Source of the DNA: Raillietiella orientalis
Lineage: Eukaryota
Length of the DNA: 64,000 nt
Direction of reading: 5' to 3'
Assembly (NCBI GenBank): GCA_036172245.1
Contig: JAYWIR010000026.1
Span: 1,798,001 to 1,862,000 of the forward strand
Part shown: one piece after another, positions 1-12,150 of the stretch
How the letters are laid out: every line of letters begins with the position of its first letter
Numbering within the stretch: the first letter of the stretch is position 1
The notes under the pieces: generated by a model
Told to the model about the DNA's origin: nothing
Database searches by the model: none
The model's input: only the letters and a program-made list of their open reading frames with translations
Position numbers and translations under genes: made by a program

Positions 1-222
1 TCCTGTGTGTAATGCGGATGTTACTACGGTCGATTCCAATAAATTATTTCAGCTTCAACATGTTTTATTTGCAGCAGCATCTTTTCTTACTATGTTGTAG
101 GACGCAGATAGAAATGTAGATACATAAAATAACGCAAATTTGTCACTGTATCTTTCTGTTTGTTCACTTAAAGAAGGTGCATTTTCGGGGAGGGGGGGGC
201 GCTGGGTAATTTTTTATCTGAA

Positions 223-264
223 AAAGGGGCGGTAGGCCAGATAAGTGTGGCCTACCGCCCCTTT
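223..264. repeat. Perfect 17-bp inverted repeat (hairpin) with 8-nt loop
   Basis: aaaggggcggtaggcca (223-239), loop gataagtg, then tggcctaccgccccttt (248-264); read directly from the sequence. Confidence 0.9.
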
Positions 265-299
265 ATACGAGTCCATGATAGATCTAGCGTGGGGCTTGC

Positions 300-1760
300 C
301 TACATCGTCAAATCCGAAACCGTGGGACCAACAGTCTCTCGCAAGTTTCCATCCTGCTGCGGATCCCTACTGTGAGATCCTGGTCGATTTGGATGCTGGA
401 AAGGGTTCGCGTGGAGGAGCATCCACTGTCTTCGTGCCCGAGTGCAGTGGCACGCTCGGAAAGTTCCTCCTGCGGATCGCGGCAGTCTCTCAAAATCCCG
501 AGAAAGAAACGGTTGCAGCAAGTCCATCTGCTTTGCCACCACCGTTCATCCCGGGAGTGTATCGCCACCGTGTTCGGACTCCATCTCCTTTTTTTCCGGG
601 CGTTCCCACTGTTTGCCCGGGTTTGTCTTCTCGACAGTGGTCGCATTCCTGAGGACGTCTTCTGTATTTGTGTCCAAAGTTCGCCGCATGGAAGATCGAG
701 GCGTTTCGCCCTCTCATTCTGAGAAAATGAAGTCGCCCTCCCCGTCTCCCAGCTGCCCTCTTCCGAACCGGCGGCACTCTCATTCCTTGGCTGCTTTCCT
801 CTCGTCCTCCGACGCTGCCCGGCTTCTGGAGCAGGAGCGCGTGGGGATGTTCGTTCGCCGTGGTCGCAGTGGCCCTGAAGCGGGCGGAGAATTCGGCTTC
901 CTTCGCAAGTGCTGCGCACGGCTCTCCAGAAGGGCACAGGAAGAGGAACCCATCCGCCGGCTGCTCCTCTGCAGGCAGCCGAGGAAGAATCTGCCTGTTC
1001 CCCCCGAAGGCGGCCCCGCGATCGACGATGCGAAACTCCACGGATCCTGTCGACGGTGCTGCATTCTATTGGGGTCACTTGGAAGCTCCACAGGGCAAAC
1101 TCTGCCTCTTCCATCCCTTTTTTTTTTTTTCCTCCCTCCGCTCCGCCACCCAGAAAATCTGAGCTCCCCTCTTTGGGATCTCCCGTCCACACCTCTTTCT
1201 CTTCGGCCTGCTCGCCCCAGGTCATGCCGGTCTCTTTCCCCAGCTCCCAGAATTCGAACCGGAAAGCCGTTCGCTCCCGTCCTGTTTTCTCGGCACGGCT
1301 GTGGGAAGGAGTGATCTGGAGCAATTGGGATCGTCCTGTGAGGAGCAAGCGACGGAAGAAGTCTCTGCAGAAAGTACGGGAAAGAACAAGAGAACGAATG
1401 GACTCTCGGAAAGTCCCCGGGAAGACGTCGTAGCTTCCGGTTGGATGTTCCCGGAAAGGAGATTTTCGGATTCGGACTCGACTTTCGGATCCAGGGGATT
1501 CCTCCCCCCTCCGAAATCGGCCCCGCGGAGGCAGTTCGCCTCGGTACACCTCGAGCGGCGGGTCCCGACGCATCTGACGTGCTCGCGGGCAAGCAAGGAG
1601 GATACGCACGGCCAGGCGTCCTCCTCGACCCCGGACCGGTGGAGATGCGGATGCCGCGGTCGGCAACTTCCAGCCCTCTCAAAGGAGGGGGGGGAGAAAC
1701 GAATCTTCGTCCTTCGGGTCCGCTCTCTCCGCACCATGGACCCATTCCGGGATTCGCTCG
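300..1760 (-). mobile_element. Heavily decayed L1/Tx1-like LINE fragment (end of gag-like ORF1 plus AP-endonuclease region)
   Basis: Frameshifted minus-strand remnants occur in the expected order: LEVADRGIRISTG and a Cys/His-rich stretch (knuckle-like), then VEFRIV..GRFFLG, TSFSQNERAKRLD (T..SRLD-like), ECDH (SDH-like) and RWSPNT (WxLN-like). Motif-level resemblance only. Confidence 0.35.
1517..1717. repeat. Dispersed repeat copy 1 (uninterrupted; putative LINE ORF1 segment)
   Basis: Aligns by eye with 2820-2898 plus 3243-3377, e.g. tcggccccgcggag.cagttc.cctcgg..cacctcgagcgg, ggtcggcaacttccagccctctcaa and cttcgtccttcgg. Confidence 0.85.
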
Positions 1761-2819
1761 AGGACTTCTCGAGGGGGAAGGGAGGGGGAAAGGGGAAGCT
1801 GGATCAACTGGGGTGGATGACGACGGTCCCCCCAGTGGTCTCCATCAGCAAGCCAGCGACGCAGCAGCTGCTCGGGTCTTCCTCGCTGCTGCTTCTGGAG
1901 GATCCGGAGCCTTCGAAGGCGTAAGGAGAATCTGGGGACAGCCGTCAAAAGCCTTTCTGGGAACCTCGGGAACGGTAGTATCCTTTGGGAGCGAGAGGAC
2001 TCCTCCTTTTGTTGGGGAGAGCAGCGGCAGTCTTCGAGCGCGGGCCTCCCACGCCCGAAGACACGGAGGTTCCGGTGCAGCCTCTCTTGTTCCCGGTGGG
2101 TACCGACGGCACTCTGTTCATCCGGACGCGTCACGCATCTCCGAACGGTCTGCCCCCCAAAGGGAGCGAAGGGCACGCGCGCGATCCCCGGAGCAGCGAA
2201 CTTGTCCCGCCGGACGGAATTCGAAGGCTCCAGGTACCTTTGTCCGTTGCCATCCCGTCTGGCTTCTTCCCATCTCCTTCGTTTTTCTTTTGTGTGCGTT
2301 CAGATTCCTCCCACCAGAGGGTCTCTCTCTACCGCGAATTCTCGAGTCCGGAAGCTCCCACAACGCTCTCGCTCTGGAATAAGTGTCACCGGGCGGGCAG
2401 AGATTTCTGGACGTCTGGCCTCCCTCCCTCCTCATCTTCCCAGGTCCCGTCGCGTTCGCGTTCCGGAAGGAAGGGGGGGGAGAGGGCAGGACATGCCTTG
2501 CGGCGAAGGCGAAGAGGAGGCGTTCCACCTGTGCAGACTCCAGGACTCAACATCCGAATCCGGCGGCCACGTGGTGCAGTCGGCTCCTCCGCGAAGGCGG
2601 TCGAGGAGCTCCGCTTCGCGGAGGTTGCAGGGCGGATCGCACTCGAGGTCGGCGGCAGCGAGCGGTCAGCCCCGCCGTTCCTCCGGGCAGCGTGAGAGAA
2701 GCGGTGGAGCCCTTCCTGCGCGCGCGTCGGCGGCCAGAGACCCTTGCGTGGCGTCCTGGAAATCGCACCAGATGGGCGGGCGGTTCAAGCAGGAAGCAGA
2801 AACCTGTGTTCCCAGAGGG

Positions 2820-3377
2820 TCGGCCCCGCGGAGACAGTTCACCTCGGGGCACCTCGAGCGGTAGGCCCCGACGCATTCGACGTGCTCGTGGGCGAGCGTT
2901 GTCACCCGGTTTCTCCGGGGCGTTTATTCGAACTCACTGTACATTTGCGGTACTAGGCCCCGCTACGGCCAATAGATCGTGGGGCCTGCCGCGAAGCCGG
3001 TACGAGCTCGACTCTCCTCGGCAGCGGAGGGGGATGGGGGAAAAACAAAATGAAAAATAAAACAGAAAAAAAAAAGAAACACTTGGATGGACCGGGAAGG
3101 GATCACTGCCCGCTGTGTGGAGGGTCCATCCTTTCCAGGATGCCCTCGAGGTCCCGCTGCATAGCTCCCAGATGGGGCCATCAGGTCGCAATTCGCAGGT
3201 AGTGAGTTGCGTGTACGATAGCGTCCCTCTCGCTGCTCGGATGAGCGAGGAGGACACGCACGGCTAGGCGTCCTCCTCGATCCCTGACCGGCGGAGATGA
3301 GGATGTTACGGTCGGCAACTTCCAGCCCTCTCAAGGGATGGGGGGAAGGGGGAGAGGAACGACTCTTCGTCCTTCGG
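2820..3377. repeat. Dispersed repeat copy 2, split by a 344-bp insertion
   Basis: Same sequence as 1517-1717 but interrupted at gagcg. Confidence 0.85.
2899..3242 (-). mobile_element. 5'-truncated LINE 3' end (344 bp) with 5-bp target-site duplication GAGCG
   Basis: gagcg at 2894-2898 and 3243-3247; the insertion is absent from the paralogous copy at about 1590. Minus-strand AATAAA at 2923-2928. Shares its 3' end with the zf-RVT-bearing element at 19412. Confidence 0.8.
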
Positions 3378-5449
3378 ACCCATCCCTGGTCAAGCCAGAG
3401 GCGTTTCGTCCTGCCCTCCGTGAACGGGCCTGGATGCGCGGACTCCAAAGGAGCCGTCGCCCCACTGCGAGGAGCCGCTCTCGCCCCCCTCTCGGACCAG
3501 TGAGGAACGACTTGGGGGTCGTCTACGAGGGGGGACTGGCAGGTCTCCCTTCTCCCACACCTTCCGGGGGGGGATGGCACGGAAAATGACGTCTGAGGGC
3601 AGCTCTCGTTCTCGACCCTGTTCCGCTGCCCCGCTCCCAAGAGGGAGGGAGCGACCGGGAAGAAGTCCCGCCTAGAGGCTGCCTGCGAAGGCGACTTTTC
3701 CCCATGTAGAATAGGAGGGGAAGGGAGGGGAAGGAGCTCGGCGCAGTCCCACCATCCCACCTTCCCTCTCCCTACGGCTTCCTCTCAATGTCCCTGGGAA
3801 GCGCGTGGGCTTGAGGACTGCGGCAAGAAAGGGGATCTCTTCAACCGCGTCCCAGGAGTCCGGCGCTGCAATCCCCTCTTCTGGAAGAGAAGACTTCGTC
3901 CCTGGTCCTCTCTTTCGGCGAGACCGAGACGACCCGGTCGCCTCCCTGCCCCCGGCAGGGTCCCCTCCGCGGGAGAGTTCGCTGACTGGCGGGCACCTTT
4001 CGGCGCCCTCGCGTGGGGGGCGCGGCGAAGTAGGTGACCTTCTGCCCCCCCCGCCCCCGTCGGACTCTCGAGGTGAACCGAGCGACCCGAATTGGACGGA
4101 TGGAGGCCTCGGGCGGATCAGTGCAGAAGCGCCCGTCCGGGAGACGGATTCGGGGTTGGTCCTTCACGCCCCCCCCCCCGCACCTGCGGCGGCAGCTCGG
4201 AGAGGCAGTTGGAGTTTGCGGAGGGGCTGCCCTCCCATCAGGGGAAGCACTCAATAAAAGGGGGGGGGAGAGGAGGGATCTTCGCGTCCCCTCTCCCGCC
4301 CTCGGGAAAGCAGTGACTCTTTCTGCCTTTTCCCTTTGCTCCTGGACGCGGAGCCGCGTGATCCGGTCGGTGCCGCTTCCCTCCCCCCGCCCTCTTCCCT
4401 TCCTCTGGGTCGGGGAGGCACCCAGGAGTGGCGTTTCCGCTCCTTTGCCGTTCTGAAGCGCGGCGGCCGACAGCGCCGCCGTCTCCTCCCTCCTCCCCAT
4501 CCCTCGTAGACCCCCTCCTCTCCCCCCATCTTGCTGCTTTCGATGTTCCTGGAACTCCCGAATTTCTTGCAGCGTTCCTGCCCCCCGCCGGCGGCGTCTC
4601 CCTTTCTGTGCTCCCCGCGCCTCGCGGCCGCTTTGAGGATGCGGCGCGATTGTCCCCGCCAGTCATCGCCTCGTCTCCCCCTCCTCCCTCCCCTCTCCTC
4701 TTCCTGCGTCCAGAGCGAATTAATTTGCAGCTGTTGGGAAAAGAAAAGGGCGGGTCCCACCCCACGCGTCCCCTAGCTGAATGGAGCCCGCTCGTCCCCC
4801 TTGCCGGCGGGTCTCGAGGCATCTCAGACGGCGGCACCGAGCCCTGCCGAAGGGCGGCAGCCGAGAGGGCGGGGTGGGGGTGGAAGAACACCCCGACCTT
4901 GCTCCTTCTCTTCCGGGCGCGCCCCGGAAGGTGGTCTCCGGGACACGCAAAGTCAGCCGTCCGAGCCGCCTACTCCTTTCTCCTCCTCCTTATCCGACCT
5001 CCCTGGCCCTCCAGGACTTCCTTCCAATCCCGTCCCTTGCCCCCCCCCCACCTTTGTCGCCCGCCCCAACCGCCCCGCCAGCTCGTGCCTCGGCGGCGTG
5101 ATCGATGGCCATCCCTGGGCGCATTGTGTCCGCCGCTGCTGCTGCTGGAGCCGCCGCCTCCGCATGGTGGACCAGCTGCAGGGAGCGCGCGCGCGCGAGG
5201 GAGGACAAGAGGGAGAGGGGGAGGGGAGGGTGCGGTGGCGGCAACCAACCGGAAGTCCACGGCATACTTCTCGCCAATCTACCCTCCACTCCCGCCGCGT
5301 CTCAGTGAACTTGGGAGGTCGGGGGGAAGAAGAAGGGCAGGTAGGGGGACGGGCAAGGGACGCGGGAGAAGGCCGGCGCACCCCGAGACGCTGCCGACCT
5401 CGTCCCAAGGCGAAAGGGAGAAGAGGGAAGCGAAGAAATGGCGTCGGAC

Positions 5450-6230
5450 CCTGGTCTGGTCCGCCTCGCGAAGGGAGTGGCGCGGAGGGGAGAAGAGAGA
5501 AGTCGGCTGCACGAGCCTCCGGGAGACTCAGGTGCTGCTCTGGGACAACAAGGGAGGAGTTCTGACATCTGATACTCGGAAGAAGGAAAGGGAGAGAAAA
5601 GGGGTACTTCTGGTTGCCTGCAGAAACGAGGGATCCAGGGATGCAGCAAGGGGAGGACACAGAAGGCCCCTTCTCCCACGCTCAGCCTGCTGCTCAGTCT
5701 CCGTGAAGGTCCCTCTCCAGGACGCGCTCCCGGAGCTCCCTCTTCACTCCTGGGGTGTAAACCGAAGGGGTCTCTGGAGGAAGCAGGAACTCTTCCCATG
5801 GGACGGTCCGCCCTGGAAGGGGCGGGACATTCCCAGGTTCGCCTCTCTCCTGGGGCATCGCTGTCTCTGAGTGAAAGGGGGGAAGAAAGAGTGGGCCCCC
5901 GGGAACCAAACTGCAGAAAAGGGTGGGCACGAAGGGGGTTGGAATCCCCCTGTTTCCCCACAGCACCTTCGAGCACCCTCGGGCCAGGGAGCGTCCCCTG
6001 CTGCCTTTTCGGTTGCTCCCGGGAGGCGCCACCTACCATCGGGAAGGCTCCCTCTTCCCTCGTGGGCCAGGCGAATCCAAACACGCGCCCTCCTTTGGGC
6101 AGTCCCACCGCGCCTCGAGCGGCCTTCTGTCCCGCTGGGAGAACCCACGGGTCGCGGAGTCTGTGGCTGGCAGGGGGGGAGGGACTGGAACGCCAGGAAA
6201 AGCCTCCTTCCCCGCCCACCCCCCTGTAGG
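5450..6230 (-). mobile_element. Possible decayed LINE ORF2 C-terminal fragment
   Basis: GAVGLP (GGLGxP-like) followed by a W..VSS..P..LP segment loosely resembling the pre-zf-RVT region of the 19.4-kb element; weak. Confidence 0.25.
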
Positions 6231-6692
6231 GAGCGCCGCCGATTGCGCCCGAGGCGCCTCGGGAGCAGGCGAGTTCCCACCCCGATTTTTACCCTCCCGA
6301 GAATGCCGGCCCGAGAGGTTCAGGGACAGCCCCTCGGGCCGCTTGGCGCCACCGTGAGACGGCGGCGGGAAGGGCGCAGAGTGGCACCCGCGTGCGTGCG
6401 CTCCCGGTGCCGTCCGGTTGAGAGGGCTCCGGAGTGAAGCAAAGGGGTGGAGGTGGGGGTGGGGAGTAAATGGATCGTTGGCGCCGCCCGCGGGTCCCGA
6501 TTGGATGCGCGGCTGCGGATGGGGCATCTAGCCGCCCCCGAGAAGGAGGAGGAGAGGCGTCGCCGCCCGCGTTCCTCCCGGACGGCGCGGCGGCGGCGCG
6601 CGCGCGGGTCCGTCCGTCCGTCGGTGCGCCTCTCCCGCGCGTTCAGGAATGCCGGGCGCTCCTTTTGAAGGCGCCGTTCCTCGCTGCGGGCG

Positions 6693-6847
6693 CCATAAAG
6701 TAATCATCTTTTCCTCTCTCATAAAGAATTTATCTTGTTGCGGATGATGTGCCTGGCAACGGGCGTCTCGGATGACCGGGAACGCATCTCGGGGCCGTAA
6801 ATCAAGCCCGGGGAGCGACCTCGTTAAAGCACACGTCCGTTTTATGG
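6693..6847. promoter_or_regulatory. Candidate enhancer: cluster of posterior-Hox/Cdx-type motifs
   Basis: CCATAAA 6693-6699, TCATAAA 6719-6725, CCGTAAATCA (reverse complement TGATTTACGG, Pbx/Exd-Hox-like) 6795-6804 and TTTTATGG 6840-6847, in a lower-GC island within very GC-rich DNA. Confidence 0.3.
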
Positions 6848-8299
6848 TCGTCCGCGCGCGGCCGCTGCGCGCGCGCGCGCGGACGACGACCGAAGGGGGG
6901 ATCCGCGCGCGCCACCCCTTCCTCGGACCGCCGCTTCGTCCGTCCTTTCGCGGGGGAGACCAAACCACCTGAGGGGTGGCGGGAGGGGGGTGGAGGAGGC
7001 GAGGGGGACGCTGAGCTCGACTAGGGCTTTCCGGAACTGGGGTGGAGCTTCCCACCCCCCACCCCTCCCTCCTTCCCTTTCTCCTTGAGCCTCTGTAGCA
7101 TTTTGGGACACGTGGTGCTGTCGGACGCCGGTCGTCGCCGAGCGCACTCTCGGGAGGGAGGAAGGGAAGGGGAGGGGAGCGGAGACGCGTTCCTCGTTTT
7201 CCTCCCCCTCGCTTCCCACCCACCCCCGTAGAGAGGGGAGGGGGCGGCGCGCCCGCAAGGCGAAAGGGGACGCTGGTGAGCCACCCCTCCAGCGCTTTCG
7301 CTCCCTCGGAAAGGCGGCGGGGGAGGACGGAGGCATCCGAAGGATTCCGCACCCCCACGGCTCCCGCCGTGACCCGCGGACCCGCAGGCGGCACGCGCAG
7401 CGCGCGCGCGGCCGCTGAATCTCGTCACGGGAGAGGGGGAGAATTCGAGTGCGAGCGGGAACCAGGGAGGGGGGCGGGGAAGCAGCCCGCGGGCCCAAGG
7501 AACCCAACGCCTCTGCCAGCGCTCGGACGGAAGGGTCTAACCACTCCCGAATCCTCCGCTCCCCTCGGGGATGGACAAGGGACGAGGGCAAACCCGCGAG
7601 GGGCCCGCTGCCGGATGGCGCCGTTCGTCCTTCGCTCCCTCTCTTTTCCGGACGACCAGGGAGCCTCCCTGGTTCCAGAAAGGAGCCGGCTGAGCCCTCG
7701 TCAGGGATGGCTCTTCCTCCTTCCGGCCCTCGACAACTCCGAGGGGGAGAGGGGGACGAAGGGAGGGTGCTCCGCGCCCGGTGCCGGCGCCATCTGGGCG
7801 CGCCTACATCCCGGTTCGTAGAGCCGAGCCTCCTCCCCGCAGACCGCTACAGGGGAGGGTTGGCGCGAGCTGGACCCGCTCTGACCACTCCGCTCCGACG
7901 GCCTACTTCGCGTGCGCCCTTGTAGAAGACCTGGGGCGGAGGGGGGATAAGATTGCGTGGGCAATCTCGAAGGCTTCCTGGAGGAGGAGGGACCGAGGGA
8001 AGTGGCGAAACCCGCAGGGCTGTCCCCCGGGACCACCCGGTTCTCCTCCTCCTCTTCCTACTGGGGGTCCTCCTCTCAATGGTCTTTTCCTTCCCTCTTC
8101 CCCCCTTGGCGCACACGCGACCTCTGCCCATCCCAATCCTCTCGATGATACCATCCAGAGCGACCCGCGGTCGCCCCGTTTCCACGGCTCCTGCAGGTCA
8201 TTCTGGATGGCTGGCAGACGAGAACCGAGAATGAGAGAGGCGTGAGGGGGGGGGGGAGCACTGCCCGCTCCGCTCTCTGTCCTCCGATCTCCGCTCCCG

Positions 8300-11200
8300 T
8301 TCATCCGCAGAGATGCTACCGAGGACCTTCAGCAAGGGTCTTCCAGGATGCCCCGCTGGACCGCTGCGCTCTTGGTTCAAACGAGGGGACCCTCCGTTCC
8401 CTAAAGCCGATTGCTGCCCCAGGGTAGGCCGAACACTGACAGAGGACTCGGGAGGGAGGGGAGGAGGACCCTGGAGACACGGCAGCTCTTTGATTAGGGG
8501 CAGAGGGCTTTGCAACGGACAGGAGGGAGGTAGCGTTGGGCCCAGGTCTTCCTCCTCGCGCCAGCCCTTGACCCGGAGAGCGCGAGGAGGGAAGGAGGGG
8601 GGAAAGGGCGGTTTGCAAAATCCACGAGATCAGGGAAAGGAGCCGAGAGGTCAAGCTCGGACGGCTCACTCTGCCTCGGGGTCTCCCCGGCCAAGAGGAA
8701 CGCGACGGAAGGGAGAGAGGGGGAAGGGGGATCCGAAGGTCCGAGGGGGCGTCTGCACCAAGGAGCGCTGGCGCCGCTATCTGCCCCTCCCCTGGAAGTC
8801 GCCGTTCCCACCGCTGACTTCGCCTCTACCCGCGATCGCCCGCTTCGCCGCGGGCGGCTCCAAGGGTCCAGCAGAGGAATTCGGGTCACCTGGAGGCTGA
8901 CCGCCCGCCTCTTGGAGCAAATCCCCTGCCATCTGCTGGGGAGGCCTTCAACTAACGCGGGAGCCCCCGTCTCCACGGTCCTTCCGGGGGCCAAGAAAGC
9001 TCCTTTTCTTCCCGGCTCGGGGAATCCTGCCGAGTTCCAGGATGCACCACGGGAGGAATCGACCCGAGTTTCCTCCTCGAATCCCCTCCCACAGGAAGGG
9101 ACGCCAGTCCGGGCCGGAATCCACAGGGCGCCACGGACGCGTCTGGAACTTCCTGAGAGACTGGGAGACGACGAAAGCCGAGGAGGGCAAAGAAGGAGGA
9201 TCCCGGCAGTCGCCTCGGGTGCTCCTTGACCCCCTGCGTCAGCAGAAATGCCGGAAATGTCAGGGCCGGAATGCAAGGAGAGGTCAAGGGTCGGAACCTC
9301 GTAGAGGGGGGGGAGGGGACACGGCTGGGCGAGAGCCTCCCTGTTTCGAGCTGCCCCTCACCGGAAGAATCTCTCCTTCCAGCCCTCCCGCTCGGCGCCT
9401 CCGTCCCGATGTTGCAACCACCCCGGTCTCCCACCGGCTCCCAGAAGAGGGTTCTTTCCCCTTCCCGCGATCCTTCCTGGCTTGATCGGCGGCACGCGCC
9501 TGGGATGCGGGTACTGGACGACAGGGATGTCTCCCTGCGGGGAAGGGGTCCGGGAGCTACGGCAGGATGAGGACGTTTTCCTGGGCGATAGCCGGGGTAG
9601 GATGGGGCAACAGGAACCGGGAACTGCGTCGTTTCCGGCGCTCCTCGCAGGAGGGCTCTGCAGTAGCGGAAGTTCCCGTCTCGACGTTCCTCCGGAAAGG
9701 CCACGCCCCGCACGACTTTCTGGAGGACCGCATTTCCGAACTCCAGGAGGCAACGGCACACGCGAGCCAGCGGGCAACATGCCCTCTGGCAACGAGGTCC
9801 TTCCCGGAAAGGGTGTGCCCCCTCCGGAAGGCGGTGGTCGCATCGGAGGAGCCACTCATGGGGTGGGTGGACTCGGAAGGCCCTCCGGGAGAGTCCTTCG
9901 CGGTAGAGGCGTAGTCCTCGCCCACACTGAATCCCTGCCGTTGGTGGCGACGACCTGCGCACCCCTCCGCTGACCCGAGGGCTCAGGAACTCTTCTCCCT
10001 CCTTCCTCCCACCATCGTCGGAAGGGCCGCTGCCTCGAAGGTGCGCGGAGCTGCGGGAGGAAGGGGGGGAGAGGGAGGGAAGACGACAGGGGAGAGGGGG
10101 AGGGGAGATGACGGCGGCGTCGCTTTAACGACCGGACCGCTGAAAAAAAAAAATGGGAAAAAAAGAGGAGGAGAAAAAAAAATAAGAAAGACGAGCTGGC
10201 CCTGGTTGCCATGGGAAAGGCGCGCGGCCCCTTCCTTATCGCGCCGATCTTTATTCTTCAGAGGAATGCCGTTCAGGGAGGGAGGGGGCGCGTGGCGGCC
10301 GCCCCGTGGGCGCCTGCCGCCGCCGACCTCGACCGTCATCTCCAGGCCAGTCTCCTCCTCCAGGGGTGCGCGCCGCCCCACCCTTCCCCCTCTGAGTCCC
10401 GAACGCGCCGTCTCGTTCCTTTCCTCCCTCCTCCGCAAGGAAGAGCCCTTGGCCCACTCCCGGGAGCGAGCCGAAGAGGAATCCCGGAAGGAATGGCTGG
10501 CTTCCCTCCCTGCCCTCGCGGTCGGAAGAATCCCATGGCCTCCTGGGTGCTCGGGCGGCCGCGCGTCCCGGCGCTCGTCCGGAAAAACTCCCAGGGCGGT
10601 CGTGACCTTGCGCGCCTGACCCGCATCTCACGCCTTCCTGTCCTTCTCCCCCTTTCATCCCAAGGGAAAGCGGCACCTCCTCGTCTTCGCCCCTACCCCG
10701 GGCGGCATTCTCCTTCCGGTTTTCGTTCCCAGGGAAGCGGAGATCGGGGGTGCCTCCGCTCCACGCCTCCATCCCGAGAGGCCTTCGCGCAAGGGGGCAC
10801 GGGATGGTAGGCGCGCACGCTCGGGGAAAAATGGAGGTGCCTGGGAGGAGGGAGTCCGCGCAAAGACGTGGGGTGCGGGCGAGAGTTCTCCTCCTCAGAA
10901 AAGAGCGGTCCAGGGAGGGGGAGGACTGGGACGGGCTCCTTGGGGCGCGGCTGAGGAAAAGGACGTTCCTCGCGGCCGGGCCCCTGTGGGCCCGCAAATG
11001 CGTCCTCCGATCTCAATGCTTCTGTCTCTTCCCTGTGGGAGGTGGAGACGACCCGAGGGAGCTCCTTCCAGTGGATCCCACCCCACCTCGGCGCTCCGGT
11101 GCCGCGCGGACCTACTCCCTTCCCCTCCAGGGATGTTCGCCCTTTCCGCTAGCGAAGGAACCACCGACCATTCGGAACGGTGGGGCGAGCGCCAAAGCTG

Positions 11201-12150
11201 CCTCGTTCTCGGACGGATCCAGCAACTGCCGCTGTCTCTCCCTACTCTCAGAGGAACGCGCCAAGGCGCATCCCGGAGGAACGCATCGACTCCGCTCGAG
11301 AGGCACTCCACCTTGCGGCACCCCTCCACGGTCTCCGCTCTTGCGGGCGCCGCCGGCGCACGGCCGCCATGTTTTTGAGGCTCTACTCCGCCTCCCGCCT
11401 CCACCCCCTCCCCCTCCTCGTCCCGGAGGACGGCGCGGTCGCCTCTCCGCGCCTCAACGGGGGCTGCCGTGGCCCGCTCCCCCTCAGGAAGCATCTCCGA
11501 CGACTCTCTGCCCCCTTTGCTCCCCCTCCATGCAGTAGGAAAACGCTTCTCTCCCACCAGGGGCAGGTGGGCTCGAAGGAGGGCAGGCAGGAGCCTCCGT
11601 CGGATCGCCCCTGACGCCACCGTCGAGTTCTTCGATGCCTGGCCGCCAGCGCCACCTTCCACGTCGGCGCCGGCCTCCACATGTCTTCCTGCCTTCGGCG
11701 CGCCCAGACCTCCCCGCTCACTTGGCTCTCCTTCTGGGAGAGCCCGTGAGGTTCCTTCCGGGCGCTGCAGCTCCCGTCGCGTGCCGGGATGGCAGCAGAG
11801 GCGATCCCGCGTGGCGTTCTGGGACTCGCCAGCAGTGCGATGTTCGCGCCCACGCATCCTCCGGGCGCGTGCACCGCACGCAGGTCCTCGCCCCGCACGC
11901 CGCGCCGGTGCCCTCCCACTTGCGTCCCGTCTGGAATGCGTTGAGGGACGCTTGGCATGGAGCTCGGCTGTTCGCAGCTTCGCCCCGGGCATCTTACAAC
12001 GAGAGTGACGGGAATCGTTGGGGTTGTTGCGCCACGCAGATCCAGGTGACCCTGACCCTTCTTTGGACTGTGCCGCTTAGCTCGAGGATGCCGACAACCA
12101 GGCCGGGTGCGCTCTGTGCGACCAGCTGGTCCCCTTGGCGGCTGGACCCC
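8300..12150 (-). mobile_element. Decayed L1/Tx1-like LINE ORF2 (APE-RT-C-terminal remnants)
   Basis: Ordered, frameshifted remnants: LRAVHAP and EDMWR..TW (APE, ~11650-11900); VRAYHPV and ECRPG (YRPI- and GFxPGR-like, ~10700-10830); PRTFEA (KAFD-like, ~10030); TNGRDS..LPEGLPSP (QGxPLSP-like, ~9870-9950); ACAVA, each changed codon one substitution from AYADD (~9760); SYPG (YLG-like); VFGLPW (~8420). Confidence 0.45.
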
